A stretch of 64,000 bases of DNA from Syntrophales bacterium (GTDB taxonomy: Bacteria > Desulfobacterota > Syntrophia > Syntrophales > UBA4778), in assembly GCA_963665615.2 (NCBI GenBank), contig CAXXQE010000008.1, positions 248,001 to 312,000 on the forward strand, read 5' to 3'. Shown here piece after piece: positions 19,562 to 28,607 of the stretch; within the stretch, counting starts at the first letter, position 1, and every line of letters starts with the position of its first letter. The translations under genes and the position numbers were made by a program. The notes under the pieces are model-generated. The model worked only from the letters and a program-made list of their open reading frames with translations, searched no databases and was not told the origin of the DNA.

Positions 19562-19685
19562 CCTAGGTCGAAACATGATCAAGCGCAAGGAGGGACAATC
19601 ATTCAAGCGGGTGATTTCCCCTGAACCAAGTGTAACGTTTGAGAAGCGCTAAGGCCTTGCTTTCGCACGTTGCCTGCCGCAGGAC

Positions 19686-19718
19686 AAAAAAAGGGGCGAA
19701 CCGCAATGGTTCGCCCCC
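19686..19718 (-). terminator. Intrinsic terminator of satP
   Basis: GGGGCGAACC-N5-GGTTCGCCCC stem followed by T7 on the minus strand. Confidence 0.8.
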
Positions 19719-19751
19719 CTGTTGTCGACGTGATTTTGTTACAGCGCTCGC

Positions 19752-20306
19752 TTATCTCTCACCGATCGGCAGAACGGTCTTTCCGAGGGATTCGTTGATC
19801 ACCTCAGCCATTCCAAGATAGATCGCCGAGGCGCCGCAGATGATCCCTTCCCAGCCGGCAAAGGCGCCGATTGCGGCGTTTCCTGTCCAGTCACGGATTG
19901 CCAGCAGCCAGAAGAGAACCACCAGGCTCAAAAAGACGAACTGGATGGCCCTGTTCTTCCCGAAGGTCCCGATCCACATGAAGAACGTGAAGACGCCCCA
20001 CATGAACAGATACCAGCCCATGAATGCCTCGTCGGTCGCGGGCAGGATCGGCTTGAAGACAATGAGGAAAACCAGCGTCAACCAGAACATCCCGTAAGAT
20101 GTAAAGGCCGTCATGCCGAAGGTGTTCCCTTTCTTGAACTCCAGAATGCCCGCGATCACCTGGGCCAGACCGCCATAGAAAATTCCCATGGCCAGGATCA
20201 TGGTCCCGATGGGGAAGAATCCCGCATTGTGAATGTTGAGAAGAACCGTTGTCATGCCGAAGCCCATCAGACCGAGGGGCGCCGGGTTTGCAAATTTACC
20301 TTCCAT
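19752..20306 (-). CDS. satP: Acetate/succinate transporter, GPR1/FUN34/YaaH (AceTr) family
   Basis: Signature ANPAPLGLMGFGMTT, FYGGLAQ and GNTFGMTAFTSYG. Confidence 0.93.
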   Translation of the reverse strand: MEGKFANPAPLGLMGFGMTTVLLNIHNAGFFPIGTMILAMGIFYGGLAQVIAGILEFKKGNTFGMTAFTSYGMFWLTLVFLIVFKPILPATDEAFMGWYLFMWGVFTFFMWIGTFGKNRAIQFVFLSLVVLFWLLAIRDWTGNAAIGAFAGWEGIICGASAIYLGMAEVINESLGKTVLPIGER

Positions 20307-20501
20307 TTTCACCTCCGCTTTTTTATTTTTGATTTTTCAAGAAGCCGAACGGCCGATGGACCCCCTTGTATAAGTCCATACGTCCCATGACCTCCCGGGG
20401 CGTACCTGAAAAACGGGGGTGAAAGATGCGTCCCCCTCCCCAAGGCACATGCGAGCCTTTTTATCAGTCTTTTTCTACCCGGTCAAGCGCTTGAATTCTT
20501 C

Positions 20502-20607
20502 AGCGAGCGCATTCCCCGCTGCTTGCGGCGGGGCAAGCGAGCGAATCAGAACCAAGTATCTACCTTGGGAATCGGAGATTCGCCGGAGCTTGCTCCGGTG
20601 AGTCTTC
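20502..20607. repeat. Double-hairpin REP-like repeat
   Basis: CCCCGCtGCTTGCGGCGGGG and ATTCGCCGGAGCTTGCTCCGGTGAGT hairpins; 19 nt (20571-20589) recur inverted at 44341-44359. Confidence 0.6.
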
Positions 20608-20690
20608 AATGAGGCGGCAACCCTGTCGGTCGCAGCTCCCTGCGGAGCAAGTAAGTAAATGATATCCGCCCACTCATGGGCGTTGAAAAT

Positions 20691-21770
20691 TTATTCTTTA
20701 TGCTTGGCGTCCCTGTGCTTGCGGCCCATTTCTTCATACGTATCAAACAGGGTCTCGTTATTCGGAACATAGAGTTTATCCGCGGGTTTTTGGACAAGTG
20801 TCAGCGCCTTGGTCGGACAGGTCGTTACGCATAATCCGCATCCGATGCAAAGCGCCTGCTGGAATTCGACCTTGTTATCGATCACCTTGAACGCGTGGAC
20901 GGGGCAACGGTCGACACAAATACCGTCGTTGTTGCACAAAGTGTCATCCTTGCGGCAAACATAGTTGTGCTGGAGTTCCCGGGAAGGGCCTCCGAAATGA
21001 TTCAAGGCAACCATGAAACCGCAGCTGCAGGCGCAACAACTGCACATAAACTCGCCGGTCTTGGAATTTGCCACCTGAATGACCATGCCTTCCTTGTCGC
21101 TTCTCTGAACAATGGCGATGGCTTCTTCAGGCGTGATAAAACGGCCCATGTTATTATCAATGTAGTACTGGGCAAAATAGTCGAAAACAAGACAGGTCTC
21201 CAAAGCATGTTGACACCCGCGGCCCAGGACCTGAGCCTGTTTGCGGCAGAAGCAGTCCGCGACGGCTATTGTTTTGTGAGATTTGATGATGCCGATGGCA
21301 TCATCAATGGGGAGAACCTGTTTGTCGGCGGTGAGCGCCGTCTGGATCGGAATGGTCCTGGCGATCGGCACATCATAATCCAGCAGTGTTTTGGCAAAAC
21401 CGCCTTTAATGAAATAGCGGCCGAAGTGCTTGAGGCCTTTTTCCGGCAGGTAATTGAGGTTCAGTTCCAGAAAACCATGAATGGCCGGGACAAGGCGATA
21501 ACGAACACCTTCCGGTGTTTTGAGCCTGAAGAGGAGCCCTCTTTGCGCCATGCTCTCCATTCTTTCGGCGGCAACGGAAGCATCGATTTTCATTTCTGAC
21601 GCTACTTCAGAGGGCAATAGCCATCCGGGTTTCATGGCAATGAACAGCTCGGCGTCCTCTTCGCTGAAATATGCTTTCAGAAAATCTATTTCGTCGCCGG
21701 ACTCCGTTTTGGGATAGCCCTTTACCATCGTGTCCAGCTTGTCTCGCAATTTTTCATAAATATTTGTCAT
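20691..21770 (-). CDS. Iron-sulfur cluster-binding protein (4Fe-4S dicluster domain)
   Basis: CFCR...C...C, CSCCACSC, C-terminal CNNDGICVDRCP and CIGCGLCVTTCP. Confidence 0.85.
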   Translation of the reverse strand: MTNIYEKLRDKLDTMVKGYPKTESGDEIDFLKAYFSEEDAELFIAMKPGWLLPSEVASEMKIDASVAAERMESMAQRGLLFRLKTPEGVRYRLVPAIHGFLELNLNYLPEKGLKHFGRYFIKGGFAKTLLDYDVPIARTIPIQTALTADKQVLPIDDAIGIIKSHKTIAVADCFCRKQAQVLGRGCQHALETCLVFDYFAQYYIDNNMGRFITPEEAIAIVQRSDKEGMVIQVANSKTGEFMCSCCACSCGFMVALNHFGGPSRELQHNYVCRKDDTLCNNDGICVDRCPVHAFKVIDNKVEFQQALCIGCGLCVTTCPTKALTLVQKPADKLYVPNNETLFDTYEEMGRKHRDAKHKE

Positions 21771-22118
21771 TAAAATATTTTCCTCCTGGCACCTGATATA
21801 TATTAAAGCAGACCCCTAACCTGATACACCCATCCAACAATCATTTGCACGAATAATCCTCGCAGAGCCACCGCGACCACGAGAACGATCGTCGATGTGG
21901 AGCCGCAAGGGAAGAAGAAAAAATCGTCAGGGCCCGCCCAACCGCCTCAGACGGAATAGCGGTTCATTGTAGCAGGGCGTTCGCGTTTTTCAAGCGTGAA
22001 GATGCGTCAAAATTTACAAACGGTTTTCATCATCCATCGGTCGGCCAGCGGAGATAGAGATTGCTTTTATCCGGGCGCAACGATATGTATCAGATCACGA
22101 ACAAACGGAAGATAAATC

Positions 22119-23366
22119 ATGAAATTTGATAAATACCCCATCTCGGAGACAATCAAGGATAATCTCGCCCGGCTCGGCTTCAAGCGACCGACCGACATCC
22201 AGTTCCGGGCCATGCCCTCGATTCTGAAGGGAGAGGATGTTATGGCCGTGGCCCAGACGGGCACGGGAAAAACGGCGGCCTTCGCCATCCCGCTCATCGA
22301 CCGGGTTCACCGCGCCAAGCAAGGCAAGCGGGAGACGGGCATCAAGTGCCTCGTCATGGTCCCGACCCGTGAACTGGCCGTGCAGATCGGCGAAGTCTTC
22401 GCAGACCTCGCGAAGCATACCCGCGTAAAACCCTTCGCCGTGATCGGCGGCGTCGAGCAGGACGGGCAGATTGCCAAACTCCAGGAGGGGATCGATATCC
22501 TGATCGCGACCCCCGGCCGCATGTTCGATCTCATCCACCAGGGTCATATACGCCTGGAACGCATCACCACGCTCGTCCTTGACGAGGCGGACCGGATGCT
22601 TGATCCGTCCTTTATCCGTGACATCGAGTTCGTAAAAAAGATGCTCCCCCAGAAACACCAGACCCTCTTCTTCTCGGCAACCATCAATCCGGCCATCAAG
22701 AAGCTGGCCTTTTCGCAGGTCAAAAGCACCGCCATCCGCATCCAGATCTCTCCGGAAGACCCCGTATCAGCCAATGTGTCTCATGCGGTCATGTTTGTCG
22801 AGATGGATGATAAGCGTTTCTTTCTGGAGCGTTTCATCCGGGAAAACCCGGACAGTAAGATCATCGTCTTTGTCCGGACGCGGGTCCGCGCAGAAAGGGT
22901 CGCGAAGGCCATGGAGCGGGTCGGTATTCCGGCGATCACCCTCCACGGCGAGAAGGAGCAGGCGGCTCGCCTCGAGGTCATGCAGCAGTTCAAAGAGGGC
23001 GCAGCAAAAATCCTCATTGCGACCGATGTAAGCGCGCGCGGCATCGATATCCCGGACGTCAACTATGTCATCAACTACGACCTGCCGGAAAAGGCCGAGA
23101 ACTACGTCCACCGCGTGGGGCGTACGGGACGCGGGGTGCGCAAGGGCATAGCGCTGTCCTTCTGCAGCGAAGAGGAGCGGGAGCGGCTGGAAGAGATCCA
23201 GGGCTTTCTCACCAAGCCCATCGAGGTCATTCAGGTCGGCAAAAAGGACTACGCCCGGACAATCGATATGTACAGCGAGAAAAAGGACGTGCAGACCCTC
23301 ATCCGGGAACATGAGTCCTGGCTGGAGGAGAAGAAGCGGAAGAAGGCGCGGAAGAAAAGCGGCTGA
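22119..23366 (+). CDS. DEAD-box RNA helicase (RhlE-like)
   Basis: PTDIQ, AQTGTGKT, PTRELA, ATPGR, DEADRM, SAT, ARGIDIP and HRVGRTGR motifs. Confidence 0.95.
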   Translation: MKFDKYPISETIKDNLARLGFKRPTDIQFRAMPSILKGEDVMAVAQTGTGKTAAFAIPLIDRVHRAKQGKRETGIKCLVMVPTRELAVQIGEVFADLAKHTRVKPFAVIGGVEQDGQIAKLQEGIDILIATPGRMFDLIHQGHIRLERITTLVLDEADRMLDPSFIRDIEFVKKMLPQKHQTLFFSATINPAIKKLAFSQVKSTAIRIQISPEDPVSANVSHAVMFVEMDDKRFFLERFIRENPDSKIIVFVRTRVRAERVAKAMERVGIPAITLHGEKEQAARLEVMQQFKEGAAKILIATDVSARGIDIPDVNYVINYDLPEKAENYVHRVGRTGRGVRKGIALSFCSEEERERLEEIQGFLTKPIEVIQVGKKDYARTIDMYSEKKDVQTLIREHESWLEEKKRKKARKKSG

Positions 23367-23396
23367 CGCCGAAGTGACAAAGTTACAAGTAACGAG

Positions 23397-23531
23397 TGAC
23401 GGTCTCGTAATAAGTCAACGTCGAGTCTTTATTGTCATCCCCGCGAAGGCGGGGATCCATACCGCCTTGAAAAATCTGGATTCCCGCCTCCGCGGGAATG
23501 ACACGAAACGTGATTTTTTACGAGTTCATCA
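23397..23531. repeat. Palindromic MITE/REPIN-like element with GTCATCCCCGCGAAGGCGGGGATCCA / TGGATTCCCGCC..CGCGGGAATGAC core
   Basis: Outer ends TGACGGTCTCGTAA... / ...TTTTTACGAGTTCATCA; inner REP-like double hairpin. Confidence 0.8.
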
Positions 23532-23535
23532 CAAG

Positions 23536-23670
23536 TGATGGTCTCGTAAAAAGTATGTTTCCGGGTCATTGCGAGCGAAGCGAAGCAATCTAACCAGCTG
23601 ACATTATGAGATTGCTTCGTCACTACGTTCCTCGCAATGACGAGTTACTCGACCTTTTACGAGTTCATCA
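23536..23670. repeat. Second, tandem palindromic element with GTCATTGCGAG..GAAGCAATCT core
   Basis: Same outer ends as 23397-23531, same core as 13749-13883. Confidence 0.8.
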
Positions 23671-23755
23671 CGAGTGACGGGTAACAGGCAGCAGGCACAA
23701 GACGAGTACACTTGTAGTTACCGTACAACTCGAAACTGCCCACGGACGGGCGCCG

Positions 23756-25630
23756 TTACGGTTGAGCCTCTATCCGCATCCCGGCGATAATGGCCTGCAA
23801 TCGTTCCGCTGTCGCCTCTTCCGGCGGCAGGGGCGGGCCGAAGGTGACCCCGATCCGGGACCAGCGGCGGCGGAAGGGCCTGCGATGCCCTTCGTCCTTG
23901 CAGCTGAAGTAACTCCCCCACAGACCGTGCAGACAGGCCGGAACCACCGGCACCGACTGACGCGCCAAGATTGTTTCGATCCCCGTCTGGAAAGGCTGAA
24001 GCTTGCCGTCCTTCGTCAGATGTCCCTCCGGGAAGAGGCCGACCACCTCTCCTGTTTCCAGCTCCCGATCGATCCGGGCAAGCGCCTCCTGAAGAATCGC
24101 CCGGTTTTCTCTGACCCCCGCAATCGGAATGATCTTGAGATCCCTGAAAAACCACCGCAGCATTGGCAGCTTCATAAAGGAATAGTGCATGACGAAACGC
24201 ACCGGCCGCGGGCAGGCGCTGCCGAGGACCAGTCCGTCCATGTAACTCACATGGTTGCAGACGATCACAAAGGGCCCTTCGGCCGGCAGGTGTTCGCGAC
24301 CCGTCACCTTCAGGCGGTAAACGAGATTGACCACGACCCAGACGACCAGACGCAGGAGAAATTCGGGGATGACCGTGTAGATATAAACCGCCACGGCGAT
24401 GTTCAGCAGGGCCAGAATCAGAAAGATCTGGGGATAGCTGAGTCCGAAGGCATAGAGGCCCATGAGAAAGCCTGCGGCCACGACCATGAAGAGGGCGTTC
24501 AGGATATTGTTGGCGGCGATGACACGCGAACGCACGGCTGCCGCCGACCGCTGCTGAATGAAGGTATAGAGCGGCACCGTATAGAAGCCGCCGAAAATGG
24601 ACAGCAGGAAGAGATCGATCGCAATCCGACGCCCCGCCGGGCTGGACAGAAAACCGCTCCAATCGATCAGCGCGTGCCCGGCCCCGAAGACGGGCTGCCC
24701 CACAAGAAAGATATCGAACGCGAACAGAGACAGGCCAATGGACCCCAGCGGGACCAGGCCCAGTTCGGTCCGCTTGAAGCTGAGCCGTTCGCAGAGGATC
24801 GATCCCGCACCGATACCCACTGAAAAGAGAACCAGGAAGAGGGTCACCACCGACTCGTCGGCCTTCAGGAAATCCTTGCAGTAAACGGGAAAGATGGACA
24901 GCAGGCAGATCCCGAAGAACCAGAACCAGGAAATCGCGAGGACGGATAGAAAGACGCTCTTCACCTCCCTGGCGATCCGTACCGTTTCTACCGCAGTGGC
25001 AATGGGATTGAAGCGAAGCTTGAGTTCAGGGGCAACGGCCGCGATGGGGTTGACCGCCAAACTCGTCCCGAATCCCGCAGCCGCAACGGCGATCACCAGA
25101 ATGCCCGTAATCCATGCGCCGGTCTCAGGCATCGCGATCAACTGCACCCCCAGGATGGAGCCCAACAGGATGGCGATAAATGTCGCCGTCTCAACGTAGG
25201 CATTACCCGCCACCAGCTCATCGGGATGCAGCAGGTGGGGGAGGATACTGTACTTGACGGGCCCGAAAAGCGAGGAATGAATCCCCATGAGGAAGAGTCC
25301 GATGAGCAGCAGTTCCAGATTGCCCCGCACGAAACCGATCAGGCCAAGGATCATGATGGCAACCTCGAGGAGCTTGACGGCCTGCATGATTCGCGGTTTT
25401 CGATACTTGTCAGCCAATTCTCCCGCGAGACCGGAAAAGAGGAAGAAAGGCAGGATGAAGATTCCGCCACACAACGAGACCATCTGCTCCGGCGACAGCC
25501 CCGCGAGGGTATAGGCCTTATAGGCAATCAGGATGCCGATGGCGTTCTTGAAGACATTGTCGTTGAAGGCCCCGAGAAACTGAGTCAGAAACACCGGCCA
25601 AAAGCGACGATCGAATAAAATGTTTTTCAT
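23756..25630 (-). CDS. MFS lysophospholipid-transporter-like (LplT) domain fused to a PlsC-type acyltransferase
   Basis: TQFLGAFNDNVFK and FGPVKYSILP motifs; C-terminal NHVSYMD and FPEG acyltransferase motifs. Confidence 0.9.
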   Translation of the reverse strand: MKNILFDRRFWPVFLTQFLGAFNDNVFKNAIGILIAYKAYTLAGLSPEQMVSLCGGIFILPFFLFSGLAGELADKYRKPRIMQAVKLLEVAIMILGLIGFVRGNLELLLIGLFLMGIHSSLFGPVKYSILPHLLHPDELVAGNAYVETATFIAILLGSILGVQLIAMPETGAWITGILVIAVAAAGFGTSLAVNPIAAVAPELKLRFNPIATAVETVRIAREVKSVFLSVLAISWFWFFGICLLSIFPVYCKDFLKADESVVTLFLVLFSVGIGAGSILCERLSFKRTELGLVPLGSIGLSLFAFDIFLVGQPVFGAGHALIDWSGFLSSPAGRRIAIDLFLLSIFGGFYTVPLYTFIQQRSAAAVRSRVIAANNILNALFMVVAAGFLMGLYAFGLSYPQIFLILALLNIAVAVYIYTVIPEFLLRLVVWVVVNLVYRLKVTGREHLPAEGPFVIVCNHVSYMDGLVLGSACPRPVRFVMHYSFMKLPMLRWFFRDLKIIPIAGVRENRAILQEALARIDRELETGEVVGLFPEGHLTKDGKLQPFQTGIETILARQSVPVVPACLHGLWGSYFSCKDEGHRRPFRRRWSRIGVTFGPPLPPEEATAERLQAIIAGMRIEAQP

Positions 25631-25835
25631 GAGTTAGAAGCGGCCGATGCCGCAGTCACGAGTGACAAGTTACAAGTAACAAGTCAAGATCGCGGTAATT
25701 TAAACGAGACCAACTTGCGAAGTTAGTCAGAAGTAAACCGTCAAACAACTGCGAGTGACGCTACAGCTCAGGTTCTGATGGGCCAGACATGTTACCGGAT
25801 GCGTTTCTGCCTGTCACTCGTTACTTTGTTACTCG

Positions 25836-28481
25836 TCACTGCGGCGACAGCCGCTTATAATCCGTCTTTCCTGTTCCGAGCAGAGGAATCTCCTCGATCT
25901 GCTGAATCGCGTGGATCCGCGCCAGATTCGAGAACCCGGACTGCACCAGATAATTGTTTGCCTCGGCCAAATCGATCGGCAGCGTGGCAAAGAGCACGAT
26001 GCGCGGCGGATGGAGCTTGTCGTCTCCGACCACGGCCAGCACGGTCTTTTCCGGATCGCCATACTTTTCCAACAGGGCCTCTTCGATGGCGGGCAGACTG
26101 ATCATTTCGCCGGCGATCTTAATGAACCGTTTGAGGCGTCCGGTAATGAAGAGGTAGCCGTCACCATCGATATAGCCCAGGTCTCCAGTCTTATACCAGG
26201 AAACGCTGCCGACCGTTACAAAGGGCGACACCAGCGCCGGATCGCGATACCCGCCGAAGACGCTGGCACCTCGAACGAGGATCATCCCCTCGCGCCCCTG
26301 CGGCAACGGCTCGTTCGTATTGAGAACGACGACGAGCCCCTCGACGCCTTTGATAAAGGTGCCGACGCTCTTCGTCTTCTGCAATTCGCGCGGATTGAGC
26401 GTCAGAACAGGCGAACACTCGGTGATGCCGTACCCCTCCAGCAGATCGGCCTTTCCGCCCGTCTTCTGGACAAACATTTCCAGAACCGACGGGTGCAGGC
26501 TCTCGGCGCCGGAGACGGCGAGCCGGACGTGCTTCAGATCGTTTCCTGTCGAGATGGCCAGCAGCATCTTCAGGAAGGTCGGCGTACCCAGGAGCACCGT
26601 TGCCTTGGCGTGGAGAAGAATCTTCAGAACCTCGCGGCTGTCGGTCGGATCGGGCGTATAGGCGGTCTTGACGCCTGTCACCAGCGGTAGAACCGTCAGG
26701 ATGGTGAATCCGAAGCTGTGGAAGGGCGGCAGGAAGGCCAGCAGGATCTCGTCCGTCTTCAGGTCGATGTGTTCGAAGCTGCCGTGCAGATCGGTCAGCA
26801 CGTTGCGGTGCGTGAGCTCTACCGCCTTCGGCAGCGCCTCGCTCCCCGAGGTGAAGAGAACGACCGCTACATCCTCCGGCCGCGTCTGCGGCGCACGGCG
26901 AAGCAGGAAAGACATCAGCCCCGAGAGTTTCACGCCCAGCGTCGCGGCCTTGACCTTTTCTTCCAGGAAGAGACATCTGTTCTGGACATCCTGCGGCAGC
27001 AGATCCGCCACGCGGTTATAAAAACTCCGCGCCGTGACGACCTGTCGGAGGTTGACATGCTCGACGCAGTGGGTCATCACCTTGGGGCCGCCCGTCCAGT
27101 TGAGCATGACCGGAATCTTTCCCGCCAGATACGTGGCAGCCACGAGCAGGGTCGTGCTCTGAAGCGCCGGGAGCATGATGCCGACGTAGTCCCCGTCAAT
27201 CTCATTTTTTAAAATGCGAGCTACCACGCAGGCCTTGAGCAGAAAGGATCGCCGCGGGGTTGTCCCCAGGAGCTTGTCGTAGGCAAAGGGATCTTTGCCA
27301 TAGTGGCTGAAGGTCTTCAGGAAGAGGGCCGGAATCGTTGCGTCGGGGTCGACGGTGACACGCGTGACCGGGCTGCGACGATCGTCGAATCGGCAGGGTT
27401 TGAGGAGCTCGTTATCCATCTTGCGGTTCATCGCGATGAGGCAGAGATCGGCGACGGTCTTGACCGTGGCGATCTCCACATCGGCCTTGCGGTGAAACCG
27501 CTCTTCGATCGCCATAATGACATTCACCAGTCCGAGAGAGTCGATGTGCAGATCGAGACTCAAGTTGGCGTTCAGGGTAATGGCCTTTTCTTCCAGATGG
27601 GCATCCTGGACGAGGATGGCCGTCACCCCCCGCAGGACATCCTCGGGGATCTCCTCTTCAGTAAAGAGGAGCGTGGTTTCGATATCGGCCACCGATCCCT
27701 TCACCCGCTCCGGCAGCGTCCGCTTGAGGGCAGGGGCATAGAAGTAGTGTTTCAGAAAGCGCACCGGCTCTTCGCCGTTGGCGTTGAAGTAGCTCTCCAA
27801 AAAGAGGTTGAATTCGTTCCGACCGAGTTTTGCCCGCTGAAGCGCCTCGTCGGTGATATCGGCAAATTCGAGAATGACGTTGCGGCGCGGCAGGAAGAGG
27901 ACCAGATTGGCCATCATATAGAAGAGGGCCTTGAGCACCGTCCACTCGACATTGGGGGACTGGCCGACCCAGGCTCGGGACCACATGCTGCCCCAAAGGC
28001 CGGAGAGGCGCACCCCGATAATCCGGGCATTTTCGGGCAACATCCCGGCAATGGCCCAGGCGCTCTGCTTGTTGAAGATCTTCTCGTAGCCCTGTCCGGC
28101 CAACTGCCCCGCCGGGTATAGCAGAATGCTCTGTCCCTGCTGTAACGCTTCAATCGCGCCGGACATGACCTCACGCAGCACGTCGGGGTTGCGGTTCTCC
28201 ATGGACAGGTCCGTGACAGGCACGCCGCCGATGATGCGGAAAAACGGTTTCAAAATCCCTTTGTTGAAATACTTGTCCAGCACCACTGGAACGACAGGGA
28301 CGAAGCGATAGATCTCCGTCACCACGATGACGGGATCCATGAGGGCCTGATGGTTGGGAAGGATAAGGTGCGGCCGTCCGTCGAGAAGAACATCGGCCCC
28401 CTTGACCGTCACCCGGTAGCGCAGGGCGATCAGCGCGAGCAGAATACGGTCCAGAACGGCTAACAGGGTACGTTTGAGCAT
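25836..28481 (-). CDS. Aas-like protein: PlsC acyltransferase + acyl carrier protein + acyl-AMP ligase domains
   Basis: NHQALMD/YPAG; carrier motif DLHIDSLG; FTSGSEALPKAV, EGYGITE, WYKTGDLG and GRLKRFIKIAGE. Confidence 0.88.
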   Translation of the reverse strand: MLKRTLLAVLDRILLALIALRYRVTVKGADVLLDGRPHLILPNHQALMDPVIVVTEIYRFVPVVPVVLDKYFNKGILKPFFRIIGGVPVTDLSMENRNPDVLREVMSGAIEALQQGQSILLYPAGQLAGQGYEKIFNKQSAWAIAGMLPENARIIGVRLSGLWGSMWSRAWVGQSPNVEWTVLKALFYMMANLVLFLPRRNVILEFADITDEALQRAKLGRNEFNLFLESYFNANGEEPVRFLKHYFYAPALKRTLPERVKGSVADIETTLLFTEEEIPEDVLRGVTAILVQDAHLEEKAITLNANLSLDLHIDSLGLVNVIMAIEERFHRKADVEIATVKTVADLCLIAMNRKMDNELLKPCRFDDRRSPVTRVTVDPDATIPALFLKTFSHYGKDPFAYDKLLGTTPRRSFLLKACVVARILKNEIDGDYVGIMLPALQSTTLLVAATYLAGKIPVMLNWTGGPKVMTHCVEHVNLRQVVTARSFYNRVADLLPQDVQNRCLFLEEKVKAATLGVKLSGLMSFLLRRAPQTRPEDVAVVLFTSGSEALPKAVELTHRNVLTDLHGSFEHIDLKTDEILLAFLPPFHSFGFTILTVLPLVTGVKTAYTPDPTDSREVLKILLHAKATVLLGTPTFLKMLLAISTGNDLKHVRLAVSGAESLHPSVLEMFVQKTGGKADLLEGYGITECSPVLTLNPRELQKTKSVGTFIKGVEGLVVVLNTNEPLPQGREGMILVRGASVFGGYRDPALVSPFVTVGSVSWYKTGDLGYIDGDGYLFITGRLKRFIKIAGEMISLPAIEEALLEKYGDPEKTVLAVVGDDKLHPPRIVLFATLPIDLAEANNYLVQSGFSNLARIHAIQQIEEIPLLGTGKTDYKRLSPQ

Positions 28482-28607
28482 CAGTCAAATCCTCGCGACG
28501 AATTTGAGAAAGGCATGGGACGCAGCACGGTCTTTAGCAAAACGGGTATCCGTTTTCTAGAAAGATCCGGCGAAGTTGTCAAATGAAAAACTCAAGGGCG
28601 CACGTTG

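Noticed and set aside
16236..19630. Terminal inverted repeats bounding the RM cluster (GATT(T)CCCTG..AACCAA)
   Set aside because: Short, gapped similarity; no transposase or integrase and no target duplication seen.
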